From NCBI GenBank assembly GCA_044229145.1, contig JBGATO010000003.1, positions 1 to 64,000 on the forward strand: a stretch of 64,000 nucleotides of DNA, in the 5' to 3' direction. Within the stretch, counting starts at the first letter, position 1. Each line of letters begins with the position of its first letter. This document shows, piece after piece, positions 20,801 to 28,822 of the stretch. Origin of the DNA: Candidatus Eiseniibacteriota bacterium (GTDB lineage: Bacteria; Eisenbacteria; RBG-16-71-46; CAZEPH01). Position numbers and translations under genes: made by a program. The notes under the pieces were generated by a model. The model saw only the letters and a list, made by a program, of their open reading frames with translations. It had not been told where the DNA came from and searched no databases.

Positions 20801-23800
20801 ACACGCTGGTGGCGGGGAACAACGTCGGTTCGCCGGCGGCCGGCTTCGCGATCGCCGGGATCGAGCTGAAGTACCAGACCGGCGCCACGGTGACGCAGAA
20901 CGATGTCCAGAACGTCAACCCGGGCAGTTCGTCCGGCGCGGACTTCTACGGCATCGAGATCAGCGAGTGCAAGCTGTCGACGATCAGCCGCAACAAGGTG
21001 CACAACATCACCTACAACGGCACGTCGACCGGCAAGGCGTGGGCGATCGACCAGAAGGCCACGACGTTCACGTCGTCGGGCAACCAGTCGGCGAACCTGT
21101 ACGCGAACAACATGGTGTACGACGTCAGCTCGAACAACGTGTCGGGCTTCTGGGCGATCTCGGGTCTCAACATCGACGCGGGATACGGCGACAAGGTCTA
21201 CTACAACTCCGTCTCGCTGACCGGCTCGCTGTCCGGCGCGACCACGGCGTGGGCCACCGCCTTCTCGCTCGGCACCGAGTGGAACACCACGTCGCCGACC
21301 AACACCGACGTCCGCAACAACATCTTCTCGAACACCGGGACGTCGACGGTGGCGACGCCGGCCTACGCGATCTTCGCGGAAGCCACGTCGCTGACCGGCA
21401 GCACGCTCGACTACAACAACGAGTACTGCGTGGCGACCGGCTCGGCCGTCAGCTACCTCGGCGGCCTGAACTTGGTCAACTACTCCACGCTCGCCGCCTG
21501 GCAGACGGCGACGGCGCAGGAAGCGGCGTCGCAGAGCGTCCTGGCGCCGTTCACCTCGGCCACCGACCTGCACCTGGTCGCGCACAGCGGCACCACGCTG
21601 GAGAGCGCGGCGACGCCGGTGTCGGTGACGCTGGACTACGACGGCCAGGCGCGCAACGCGACGACGCCGGACATCGGCGCGGACGAAGGTGACTTCGCCG
21701 CCAACCGTGCCCCGGTGATCGCGCCGATCGCCAACCAGACCGTCAACGAAGGCGTCCTGCTCACCGTCACGCCGACGGCGGGCGACCCGGATGGCGACAT
21801 CCTGACGTTCAGCGGCAGCAGCCTGCCGACCGGCGCCACGGTCAACGCGTCGACCGGTGTGCTGACCTGGACGCCGGACTTCACCCAGTCGGGCGTGTAC
21901 ACGAACGTCACCATCACGGCCACCGACCCCGGCCTGTTGTCGGCGAGCCGCTCGTTCCAGATCACCGTCAACAACGTCAACCGCCCGCCGGTCATCACCA
22001 CCGTCGCGGCGCAGACGATGAACGAAGGCCAGACGCTCGTCCTCGACCTGTCGGCGACCGACCCGGACAACGAGAACCTGGTGTTCTCGCTCGTCTCGAT
22101 CGCGCCGGCGCCGCCGAGTGGCATCGTCCCGACCGTCGTCGACTCGTTGCCGAACCACGCGACGTTCGCGTGGACGCCGACGCACTTCGACGGCAGCGTC
22201 ACGCCCTACGTGATGACGGTGAAGGTGGTCGACCCGTTCAACGCGCAGGACGGCACGCAGTTCGACGTCACCCTCAACAACGTGAACGGGCCGCCGGTCA
22301 TCACCGACCGCGCCGACACCACGGTGTTCGAGGCGACGACGTCGACCGTCGTGCTGCACGCGCTCGAGCCGGATGGCCAGACGATCCGCTGGTCGCTCAT
22401 CTCGCCGGCGCCGCCGTGGGCGTCGCTGAGCGCGACCTCGGGCGCCAACGTCGGCGTCATCTTCAAGCCGGGCTTCTCGTCGGCCGACTCGCTCGGGTCG
22501 GCGGGCGTGGGCGCGGACTCGATCAAGGTCCTCGCGGCGGACGGTGTGGGCGTGGGTGCGCTGAAGGACACCACCGTCTTCGTCATCCACATCACCAACG
22601 TCAACCGCTTGCCGTCGCTGGCGAGCATCAGCGACCAGACGGTGGCCGAAGGCGCGCTGCTCTCCTTCACGGCGAGCGCGAGCGATGCCGACGTCACCGC
22701 GGGTCACGACTTCCTGACCTGGAGCCTGACCGGCGCGCCGGCGGGGGCCAGCATCAACTCGTCGAACGGTGCGTTCTCGTGGACGCCGGACTACAACGCG
22801 GCCGAACGCGTGCCGGGTGGTGTGTACGGCGGCTTCACCGTCACCGTGCAGGACAACTTCGCGGCGAGTGACAGCAAGTCGTTCTCGGTGACCGTCACCG
22901 AGTCGAACCGCAACCCGTCGGTGGACCCGATCGCCAACCAGACGGTGGCGGAAGGCGTGCTGCTTGCCTTCACCGCGACCGGCAGCGACCCGGACTCGAC
23001 CGACAGCATCGCCTCGTGGAGCCTCAGTGGCCCGGCGAGCGGCGCAACGATCAACGCTCTCACCGGCGCCTTCTCGTGGACGCCGGGCAACACCGCCGCC
23101 AACACCAACGGCGGCGTGTACAACGAGACGATCACCGCGACGGACACGCGCGGCGGCACCGGGTCGCAGTCGTTCACCATCACGGTGACCGACACCAACA
23201 ACCCGCCGACCGTGGACCCGATCGCAGACCAGACGGTGGCCGAAGGCTCGCTGTTGACGGTGACCCCGTCGGGCAGCGATCCGGACAGCGACCCGCTGAC
23301 CTGGAGCGGCAGCAACCTGCCGTCCGGCTCGAGCGTGAACCCGACGTCGGGTGTGTTCACCTGGACGCCGAACTACACGCAGGCCGGTGTCTACGCCAAC
23401 GTCACTCTGACCGCGAGCGATGGCAGCCTCAGCGCCAGCGCCTCGTTCCAGATCACCGTCACCAACACCAACCGTGCGCCGGTCGTCGACCCGATCGCCA
23501 ACCAGACCGTGGCGGAGAACGCGCTTCTCACCGTCACGCCGTCGGGCAGCGACCCGGATGGCGACGCGATCAACTGGAGCGGCTCGAACCTGCCGTCCGG
23601 GTCGAGCGTGAACCCGGCGAGCGGCGAGTTCACCTGGACGCCGTCGTTCGCGCAGGCCGGCACCTACACCGGTGTCACGCTCAGCGCCAGCGACGGCAGC
23701 CTGTCGGGCAGTGCGTCGTTCGACATCACCGTCACCAACAGCAACCGCGCGCCGGTGGTCGACCCGATCGCCGACCAGACGGTGATCGGTGACGACGCGC

Positions 23801-24339
23801 ACCTCCTGACCGTCACGCCGACCGCGAACGATGCGGATGGCGACGTGTTGAGCTGGTCCGGCACGGGTGTCCCGTCCGGCGCGAGCGTCAACCCGACGAC
23901 GGGTGTCTTCACCTGGACGCCGCTGCACACGCAGGGCGGCACCTACACCATCACGCTGACCGCCGACGACGGCAACGGCGGCACCGGCTCGGCCACGTTC
24001 CACGTCACCGTGAACGTCCCGACGGGTGTCGAGATGACGGCGAGCAAGCTCGGTCTGCCGACCACGTTCGGCATCCCGGTGCTCGGCCAGAACCCGTTCC
24101 GTCACGCGGCCGAGTTCGTGGTCGGCATGCCGAAGGACGGCACCATCGCGGTGAGCGTGCTCGACGCGCGCGGCCGCGTGGTGGCGAACCTCGCGCCGAA
24201 GACCGCGACGCCGGGCTACGTGTTGTTCCGCTGGGACGGCCGTGGCCAGGGTGGTGCGTCGCTCCCGAGCGGCGTCTACTACCTGCGGGCGACCGACGGT
24301 CACGCAGTGGCGACGCGGCGTGTGGTGAAGATGGACTAA
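11860..24339 (+). CDS. Giant (4159 aa) secreted surface protein: N-terminal jelly-roll-like domain, five beta-helix units with Ig-like linkers, about 8 He_PIG-type Ig repeats, C-terminal FlgD-Ig-like domain
   Basis: ATG 11860 with RBS AGGAG; signal peptide ending AAAHA. Units begin L[SN]GTYTVG.GG.YTTL (about 12469, 14416, 16333, 18250, 20140) and contain TPDIGADEG-like motifs. Repeats N.AP.VDPIA.QTV.E...FTWTP (21703-24015); tail DARGRVV...WDGRG...PSGVYYLR. Confidence 0.9.
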   Translation: MNRVTSRVARRFVGLVMLAVLVLTAAAAHAQTIFSESFDSAWTTPTTLLTGGNAWSGIGTGNNQWQRNDFTTGWSSSSGSYTPTGAQSTTNSARFHSFDASSGTFGSLITPTIDFSSFAGAKRVAFYSINTSGGDSLRVWLSTDGGTNYSLLTVLNQSATWTQYTADLGTTTSSTVKIKFEGRSDFGTTDIGLDQMSIYVVNPLSGTKTIGAGGDYTTFTAAINALNQNGVAAGGVTFNVTAGSTFTEDVPAIASNIGSSAANPVVFQKSGAGANPVIKPTGGTGTTDFGFGITGADYVTVDGIDITENTGSAVEYGFLVKNATATDGATNVTIKNATITLNRANTSSYGIMATSSTTAGGGTTPTSAAGANSNNKFQNIVVINSYNGMAMLGGSGSFPDASNEIGVTGGGTTQFGGAVAGDSLGVGSSTCYGIRLVTQSGVKVSNAIVRNIKITSSINAYGIYLDDSATGTYAQGEISNNTVNGIFSSSTSTSSVLYGIRADVSTGNVVKIFNNDIYGMTPPLLTAATTTQVCRALAANAGSNSGTVNAYYNSVHIGSGLTFGSLLGTSAAFYMAGGTVNLANNIFSNVTPAQTTAKHYAAYVSAGTVASSSNNILWAPNTNGVIGSQGATDRTTLQIFAAAISATAPVDGAEGGSANADPGFTSATNLTFAGATPAASSGVPVSGITTDITGAARSGSQPTIGAHETANAQNDQSAPALSGVSITSGSSPSVSLTLTDNSAAASNATVQLWYRLSSSSGAYTGVDADVKPSGAMNGTYTWNTSIASLAAGTYNFYVAVRDGGGAGTRIWANPIWTSSFPTSSGFAAADPPNYGTNPATYANVRQFQKTAVLAGGTYEVGSDQSVYKKLTDVASALNASSLTGDVVFELNSTYDGTTGETLPIVFNQFLTTGGNWTATVRVKSGAGARQTRGKVVGAVIKLNGADRMTLDGREGGTGSTSAWTVANDSSATATAAIWLSSLGTAAGATNNTIRYLTLQTGIDPTASSNEAFGIVSSGTSISISTDGADNDNNTFANNTITKARWGIYVRGALANTNDGNVISGNLIGPSAFGTTQIAKGGIVVQYQQGASITQNEVRFVGVLATQTGSGTDRVGIGLGDYNWTPTATTTQNCSVTRNVIHDIVEEKTFSAAGIIVGGTTAPTNNVIANNMIYGVRADGTSGDQGVGIGIAAGDNDKVVYNSVAITGDQDPGTSTSATYQTCGIRISSTTPTNLTLKNNIVSVDATSNTSTVHHVAMVAPATSYNWGTGGANNNDFYTNPATTQSVLGGIGTTSPYTDVTTIASWRLQFTPHQDSLSVSAQPPFLSATDLHLNTATPTVLESAGTPIAGVTTDYDNDARNATTPDIGADEGAFTALSSIDLGATAFVSPLNGGAVAATVAFTPQASFTNNGTGALTNAPVRYRILDNTSAEVYNQTATIASLGAGSASTVSFPAATLSLAGTYTIIAKAEVVGDATPVNDSIVGSITAFTPLSGTYTVGVGGNYTTLTAAVADANTKGVGGAVVFSLTDATYPSETFPITLNALTGASASNTLTIMPASGVTATISGSSTSSILKLNGADWVVIDGSNNGSTSRDLTVTNSNTSTSSAVIWLASPTVSDGATNNVIKNTIVRGNAANTTLMGIYIGGTTISSTAPVRQSREPGAAPSQPELTGTAALTNNANNTIQNNLVAKATYGIAAIGTSTTTLDTGLQIIGNALGTSAAGDGSQNAGIYIKYQNGALVSQNEVQNVAISGTLAGDYFGIGVSESKSSTIERNQIHGMYYTGTSSGKIYGIMQQSSGFTTSGNPSANKYANNMVGDMTSTSTSGFLAMVGIDNQGGYGDMYYDNSVSLSGTPLSGGASALVIAMANGDGWSGTSSSVVDVRGNILSVTGSASFAVKGYAFYTSLTSLTGSTLDYNDLYSAPTGSMVPEIGRFNAVDYPTFAGWKTGTSQDAHSVNAIAPFLSASNLHLNTSIPTALEAANLPIAGVTTDLDGDTRDASTPDIGADEGNFLALTANDMAATAFISPTNGGTVSSGVAFTPQASFTNTGTIAQTSVTVRYRIVDGSSTEVYNQTATIASIAGGAATTVSFPSATVASAGSYTIYAKAELAGDGVPANDEISGSITAQAPLNGTYTVGVGGSYTTLTAAAAAINSLGADGPVVFSLTDATYPSETFPIVVNAFVGASSTNTLTIRPASGVTATISGSLSSGALLKLNGADYVTIDGSNSGGTDRSLTLTNTSTTAPAVIWLASSGVGLGASNNTIKNCNINAASGTTSTAYGIALAGTSLGLAGADNDDVTIQNNAISSTNIGVYANGSTGVSAGADDNLLVAGNAFTSTSTLGTIYGVEAINALGATVRNNSFSLTTTASGAPTAISLETNVANASVLANTITQVTTTNSGGYGGRGITVGTGLTASNITIANNAIAGVNGSNWNSFGNSSAMGIALGVIGSSSTLTTTAGGINLYHNSVNMDGSIGSGSTTALTAAVYVGSGASALNIQNNIFVNTQTGTSTTQKNYGVYSAAANTAFTTMSYNDYFVSNSFNAASAVLGYLGGDQTTLSAFNTAFTGSSSTQAYNVAPGFTSSTNLHVPAATLSILESGGTAGTGITTDIDGDVRPGPSGSVNGGATANDVGADEFDGTPYSSLDMAATAFVTPANGGSVSEGIAFTPQATFTNIGVAAQTNVPVRFRILDAGSTEVYNQTATIASIGGGGGSSTVSFPSATLGAAGAYTMIAKAELVGDTAPGNDSITGSFSAFAPLNGTYTVGSGGAYTTLTAAVAALNAVGASGPVTFSLTDALYDGTETFPITINAWSGASSTNTLTIKPASGVTATITGSSSSAILKLNGADYVTVDGSNNGSTSRDLTIENINTSITSAVVWLSSPSVSDGATHNTIKNTIVTGNAATTTLMGIYSGGTSISTAAPARPPVSEAAQRTAPRNDGITAALASNSDNTYQNNLLTKAQYGIFLIGGSATLLDANTLVAGNNVGSPAAGFAIAGIELKYQTGATVTQNDVQNVNPGSSSGADFYGIEISECKLSTISRNKVHNITYNGTSTGKAWAIDQKATTFTSSGNQSANLYANNMVYDVSSNNVSGFWAISGLNIDAGYGDKVYYNSVSLTGSLSGATTAWATAFSLGTEWNTTSPTNTDVRNNIFSNTGTSTVATPAYAIFAEATSLTGSTLDYNNEYCVATGSAVSYLGGLNLVNYSTLAAWQTATAQEAASQSVLAPFTSATDLHLVAHSGTTLESAATPVSVTLDYDGQARNATTPDIGADEGDFAANRAPVIAPIANQTVNEGVLLTVTPTAGDPDGDILTFSGSSLPTGATVNASTGVLTWTPDFTQSGVYTNVTITATDPGLLSASRSFQITVNNVNRPPVITTVAAQTMNEGQTLVLDLSATDPDNENLVFSLVSIAPAPPSGIVPTVVDSLPNHATFAWTPTHFDGSVTPYVMTVKVVDPFNAQDGTQFDVTLNNVNGPPVITDRADTTVFEATTSTVVLHALEPDGQTIRWSLISPAPPWASLSATSGANVGVIFKPGFSSADSLGSAGVGADSIKVLAADGVGVGALKDTTVFVIHITNVNRLPSLASISDQTVAEGALLSFTASASDADVTAGHDFLTWSLTGAPAGASINSSNGAFSWTPDYNAAERVPGGVYGGFTVTVQDNFAASDSKSFSVTVTESNRNPSVDPIANQTVAEGVLLAFTATGSDPDSTDSIASWSLSGPASGATINALTGAFSWTPGNTAANTNGGVYNETITATDTRGGTGSQSFTITVTDTNNPPTVDPIADQTVAEGSLLTVTPSGSDPDSDPLTWSGSNLPSGSSVNPTSGVFTWTPNYTQAGVYANVTLTASDGSLSASASFQITVTNTNRAPVVDPIANQTVAENALLTVTPSGSDPDGDAINWSGSNLPSGSSVNPASGEFTWTPSFAQAGTYTGVTLSASDGSLSGSASFDITVTNSNRAPVVDPIADQTVIGDDAHLLTVTPTANDADGDVLSWSGTGVPSGASVNPTTGVFTWTPLHTQGGTYTITLTADDGNGGTGSATFHVTVNVPTGVEMTASKLGLPTTFGIPVLGQNPFRHAAEFVVGMPKDGTIAVSVLDARGRVVANLAPKTATPGYVLFRWDGRGQGGASLPSGVYYLRATDGHAVATRRVVKMD

Positions 24340-24370
24340 GCGCGGTCCTCACGACGCGCTGAGGCAGTAG

Positions 24371-24408
24371 GCGGCGGGCGGCGGTCCTTCGGGATCGCCG
24401 CCCGTTGC
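24371..24408 (+). terminator. Hairpin with cUUCGg tetraloop downstream of the giant gene
   Basis: gcggcgggcggcggtcc-TTCG-ggatcgccgcccgttgc. Confidence 0.7.
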
Positions 24409-24965
24409 GCGTCTGCGGGGCGACCCACGTGCGCGATCTCGGCAGTGGCCTGGCGTTCCGTGGCGCGGCGCTCACGGAGGCCGGCGGTGTTCAGGACGTC
24501 GAGACGGATGTGCCGGAGGTCGTCGCGTTGCAGCGCGTGCTGCACGCGCGCGTGCCGGCCCTCCGGGCGGCCTGGAAACGTGCTGGCGTCGAGTCGCGCA
24601 CGCTCGACGAGAAGGCGGCGATCGCACGCCGCTTACAGGTGCTCTTCGCCGGAGGCGGCGGCGTGTGGATCTCGCCGGACTTTCACACGCGTGAGGCGTT
24701 GGAACGGCAATACCGTCTCGACACGACGCTTCACGCGACCCACGCTGCGATTGCCGCGACGACCGCGCGCAACTTCGACAAGACGGCCTTCGAGGACGAT
24801 GCACATGTCGTCCGGCTCTTTGCTGATCTCGGTTTCGCGGCGGAGAAGACATCGCAACTCGACGGCACTTTCGCGCTCGTGTCGCCCGCGCGTCTCGGCC
24901 TACCGGACGACTGCGTGGCACGCACTCCGCCGATGCTGTTGTGGCTGCGCACGGACGGCTGCTAA
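24405..24965 (+). pseudogene. Degenerate class I SAM-dependent (LCM-like) methyltransferase remnant
   Basis: DLGSGLAFRG (motif I-like), ETDVPEVV, GGVWISPDF. There is no RBS, the ORF start lies in the terminator, and the N-terminus and central part appear to be missing. Confidence 0.45.
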
Positions 24966-24993
24966 CGTCCGGCCGTTGTGCCCGTCCGGGCCC

Positions 24994-25488
24994 TCACTCC
25001 GAGACGCGATCGAGTTCGCCCGCGTATTGCCGGATGGCGCGTGCGTAGCGCAGCACCTGCGGGTCGGTGCTGGTGGCGGCGACGACGTGCAGCAACACCT
25101 GCATCGCCTCCTCGTGGCGCGCGAGGTTGTAGAGCGCCATCGCGCGGAAGACGCTGAACGATGTGTCGCCGGGGAAGGCGTCGGCGCCGCGCTTGAGCAG
25201 ACGCTCCGATTCCGTGTAGCGGCCCAGCACGCGATAGGTCGAACCGAGTCCGAGCATCGCGCCGCGTTTGTCGTCGCCGTCGAGGCCGAGTTCGAGGGCT
25301 CGCTCGTAGTAGGGGACGGCGTCCGACTCCTGGCCTTGCGCGTCGAGCAACCACGCCATCTGGTAGTGGGCGACGGCGTGCGACGGATTCTCGCGCGTCA
25401 GGCGGCCGAGCAGCGCCGCGGCCTGTTCGTGGCGGCCGTCGGCGCGCAGTTGGGCTGCGCGGGCGACCTGCGCATCGACATCGCTCAT
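24994..25488 (-). CDS. Tetratricopeptide-repeat protein (164 aa)
   Basis: AHYQMAWLLDAQGQESDAVPYYERALELGL...LGLGSTYRVLG; ATG overlaps the stop of the upstream amylase-like gene (ATGA). Confidence 0.85.
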   Translation of the reverse strand: MSDVDAQVARAAQLRADGRHEQAAALLGRLTRENPSHAVAHYQMAWLLDAQGQESDAVPYYERALELGLDGDDKRGAMLGLGSTYRVLGRYTESERLLKRGADAFPGDTSFSVFRAMALYNLARHEEAMQVLLHVVAATSTDPQVLRYARAIRQYAGELDRVSE

Positions 25489-28400
25489 GGCAACGTGACG
25501 ATCCTCTGCGTGGTGACGCCCTGCGGCGTGGTGGCCCGCACGACGTAGACGCCCGCCGGCAACGCGCCGCCGTCTCGCCGGGTGGCGGCGAGCAGGTGCG
25601 TGCCGCGGCTCATGCCATCGAACACGCGTACCACGAGACGCCCCTGCGTGTCGAGCACGTCCACGGTGAGGCGCGGGCCGCGCGGTGCGTCGACCCGCAG
25701 GCGCAGCAGGCCGTGCGCCGGGTGCGGGCCGTCGAGCGCGATGCGGGCGAGGCCGGGGCGCGGCGTCTCGCGCGGCTCGGGCGCGGCGACGATGCTGCGG
25801 TTGCGCACCCACGTCCACTCCGTCGCCTCGAGGTTGCCGTTGCCGTTGCCGCACGGCAGCGTCGCCTGCAGCGCGCTACCGTCGGCCGAGCCGTACTGCG
25901 CGAAGGCGACGCGGATCGAGTCCGGCGCCGTGCCCCACGCCGTCGTCACATCGATCTGCCCTTCGAGCACGCTGCCACTCGCCTGGCTGAAGCCGCTGGT
26001 CACCACGGTGCCGGCCGCGTTGAACCAGCCGTTCCAGTTGTTCGAGTCCTCGTTGCCGAGCAAGTTGTCGTAGGTCGTCACGGTGCCCGCCTTGGCCCAC
26101 CACGCGGCGGTTTGCGTCTGGGCGGTGGACGGCTTGGCAACCGCGACGAAATGGTCGGCGCCGCTCGTCGTCGACACGCCCGGCGCGGCGACGTAGAGGT
26201 AGTGCCCATCGTAGTCGGCGTACAACGACTGTGCACCGCAGGTGGCCACCGGCGTGAGTCCAGCGTCGAGCACGCCGTCGATGACGTGCGACGGGACGAT
26301 GCCACCGGTGACGCTGACGTGCCAGTCGGCGCCGCCGTTGTTGTCCCAGGTCCCGGTGCCGTTGGTGAACACGAAGTCGACGCTCGTGGCGGTGGCCGGG
26401 ATCGCATAGACGTACGTGAATCCGGTGCCGGTGGCGTCCTTGGTCATCGCCGGGTCCGGCGTGACCACCTGCGTCCAGCCGCTGTGGCCGATGTGGATGT
26501 AGAGCGGATTCGTGTTGTCGGCGAGCGCGCCGGGCACTGGGTCGTAATGGATCGTGAGTGTGCCGCCCGCGGTCGGCGCCGTCGGCTCCCACGTCGGCGT
26601 CGTGCCGCCACCGCCGCCGCCGCCGGAGCCGCCGTTGCCCACCCACACGTGCTGGATCGGCGAGCGCGACACGTTGCCCTTCGCATCGCGCGCTTCCGTG
26701 TAGTAGTCGAGGAGTTGGTTGCTAAATCCGGACAGGTGCACGTAGTACTCGTCGGCGATGTACTGCGGCATCACGCTGAACACGATCGACGGGTCGTTGT
26801 AGATGTTGCCGGCGGGGAAGGCGCGCCGCGTCATGCCGAGCGTCTGCCACGCGCCCACCTCGCTGCCGCCCGCGAAGGTCTCGTTTTGCGTCGACGCCAG
26901 CGGGTTCACGCCATCGGTGTCGATGCGGTACACGAACTTCACGGTGTCGACGCCGCTCACATCGTGCGCGAACGTCCACACCCAGAAGTCCTGTGTCATC
27001 GTCGCGCCGCTACCGCCCGGGTAGCCCCACAGCGAGCCACCGCCCTTGCCGCCGGGATTCCACGGCAGGCGCTGCGGCAGCCACATGGTTGGTGGCGTGA
27101 GATCGCCCGCCGCACCGCCAATCACCGAGTCGGCCAGCGCCACCGCGCGGTTCGACGACAACGTCGCTTTGATCTCGAAGTCGTTCGACGCGCCATAGTA
27201 CATGTTGCCGGAGTCGAACCCGGACATCAGGTAGCTCCACGCGCGTTCGACCTGCGTGGTGCCGGCCTGCGTCGGGTCGACGATGCGCGCGGTGCTCGGG
27301 GTGGCGCCGCTGATTTGCTCCGCCGTCTCCACGCGATTGGTGGCCGCGGTGAGCACCGCCCAATTGCGCTCGTCGAGCTGCCAGCCGCCCGCGATGTCGA
27401 ACTGTCCGCTGCTGTTGGTGAGCGGCCAGTTCCAGTTGATGTACTGCGGCGAGCCGAAGTCGCCGTCGGCGTTGACCCACGCGCCGTCCTCGACATGCAC
27501 GATGTCGGCGGGATCCACCGGATGGTCGGCGAGGTATTCGGCGATGGTCGTCGGCTCGTAGCCTTTCGCCTGTGCCGCGTGCGCGAAACCGCTCACGTTC
27601 TGTGTGTAGTAGCTGTAGCCACCGGCCCACGAGTTGTCGCCGTCGTGGCCGAAGAGCACCAGCATCGGCTTGGCGGGATCGTTCTTCGCCGCGATGGCGT
27701 CGATCTCCGCAGTGCCGTACGTGCCGTACCCCTCGTTCCACGACATCGCATCGGCGAGCGGTACGACCGCGATCGATGACACCGCGCCGGTGGTCGGATC
27801 GACGTACTGCGCCTTGTGCGGCCGGAAGCCGTACGGCGCCGGCACCTTGCAGGTGACGCCGCGCGAGATCGATTGCGTGTAGTAGTTGGCCGCGCCCTGC
27901 GCCGGATTGATCTGATCGGCGGGATTCGGCGGATCGCAGTTGTCCTGGTTCGCCGCGTACGGGTAGTCGGCGCAGGCGCGCGCGATGTGGACGTCGGGAA
28001 CAATCGCGTAGGTGAGACCCTTCGACACGAGTGCCGGAATCATCCGCTCGCTGAACGCCGTCTCGGCGGGGAAGAAGCCTGTACTGGTTGACGATGTTGA
28101 CCATGTTGATTGCATGATCAATGTTTGCGTGTCGATCATGCGCTTCAACACGAGATCGTCGATCAATGGATTCGAGGGGTGGAAGAAACTGACAACCACC
28201 GGCTCGAGACGACGGCGCCCACCACTCGTCGTCCACCCCATTGCGTCCCGGTTCGCCTGGTACCAGTTGCCTGCATAGCGTCCGCCGTTCCAGCCCGCGC
28301 TCGCCAGGCTCGACACGTTTTGAATGAGTGATCCGGCGAACGAGAGTTGGGCTCCGGCATCCGGGATGTCGAGCACCGACGACAGCGCCGTCTTCGGATA

Positions 28401-28649
28401 GTCCTGGTAGTCGTGCACGCGGTCGTCGCTGTTGAAGATGCTGAAGACATCGTTCTGGCTGTGGCCCAGCATGATCGTCTCGTAGGCCGTCTCGTACATC
28501 TTGCCGTTCCACGTCGAGCGTTCCGGCCAGTAGATCGGCTGGTGCATGTGCCAGAGGTACGTGGTGTGGATCGGCGCGGCGTGCGCGGCGAGCGGGGCGA
28601 AGGCTGTGGCGGTGGCGAGGGCAGAGGCGAGCAGGCGGCGGCGCAGCAT
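25485..28649 (-). CDS. Secreted GH57/GH119-like alpha-glucan hydrolase with starch-binding CBM (CBM25/53-like) and FlgD-Ig-like tail
   Basis: Signal peptide; WHMHQPIYW, GFFPAETAFSERMIP, HDGDN, HVEDGAW; CBM-like LYIHIGHSGW...FVFTNGTGTWDNNGGADW; tail DTQGRLV...PAGVYVVR. Confidence 0.75.
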   Translation of the reverse strand: MLRRRLLASALATATAFAPLAAHAAPIHTTYLWHMHQPIYWPERSTWNGKMYETAYETIMLGHSQNDVFSIFNSDDRVHDYQDYPKTALSSVLDIPDAGAQLSFAGSLIQNVSSLASAGWNGGRYAGNWYQANRDAMGWTTSGGRRRLEPVVVSFFHPSNPLIDDLVLKRMIDTQTLIMQSTWSTSSTSTGFFPAETAFSERMIPALVSKGLTYAIVPDVHIARACADYPYAANQDNCDPPNPADQINPAQGAANYYTQSISRGVTCKVPAPYGFRPHKAQYVDPTTGAVSSIAVVPLADAMSWNEGYGTYGTAEIDAIAAKNDPAKPMLVLFGHDGDNSWAGGYSYYTQNVSGFAHAAQAKGYEPTTIAEYLADHPVDPADIVHVEDGAWVNADGDFGSPQYINWNWPLTNSSGQFDIAGGWQLDERNWAVLTAATNRVETAEQISGATPSTARIVDPTQAGTTQVERAWSYLMSGFDSGNMYYGASNDFEIKATLSSNRAVALADSVIGGAAGDLTPPTMWLPQRLPWNPGGKGGGSLWGYPGGSGATMTQDFWVWTFAHDVSGVDTVKFVYRIDTDGVNPLASTQNETFAGGSEVGAWQTLGMTRRAFPAGNIYNDPSIVFSVMPQYIADEYYVHLSGFSNQLLDYYTEARDAKGNVSRSPIQHVWVGNGGSGGGGGGGTTPTWEPTAPTAGGTLTIHYDPVPGALADNTNPLYIHIGHSGWTQVVTPDPAMTKDATGTGFTYVYAIPATATSVDFVFTNGTGTWDNNGGADWHVSVTGGIVPSHVIDGVLDAGLTPVATCGAQSLYADYDGHYLYVAAPGVSTTSGADHFVAVAKPSTAQTQTAAWWAKAGTVTTYDNLLGNEDSNNWNGWFNAAGTVVTSGFSQASGSVLEGQIDVTTAWGTAPDSIRVAFAQYGSADGSALQATLPCGNGNGNLEATEWTWVRNRSIVAAPEPRETPRPGLARIALDGPHPAHGLLRLRVDAPRGPRLTVDVLDTQGRLVVRVFDGMSRGTHLLAATRRDGGALPAGVYVVRATTPQGVTTQRIVTLP

Positions 28650-28822
28650 CGTCGGGACTCCGGAATCGGCAGGCGAGGTGGACCGGTTCAACAGAGCCGA
28701 TGCTACCACGCCGCCGGTTCACCTGCGAAGCCGCACGAAGGCGCAGTCACCCAGACGCGCGAAGGCCGGAGGCGACGGTCACGCCTCCGGCCCGGAGCGG
28801 CGGTTCGCCGTGTCGGCCGCGC

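Noticed and set aside
21703..24015. Regularly spaced DNA repeats considered as a CRISPR array or DGR repeat pair
   Set aside because: They are in-frame Ig-domain repeats of about 280-300 nt; no cas or reverse transcriptase gene is in the window.
11845..24303. Very long antisense ORFs (868, 1620 and 1310 aa) opposite the giant gene
   Set aside because: Shadow ORFs expected from strong GC3 bias; Arg/Gly/Val-rich with no motifs.
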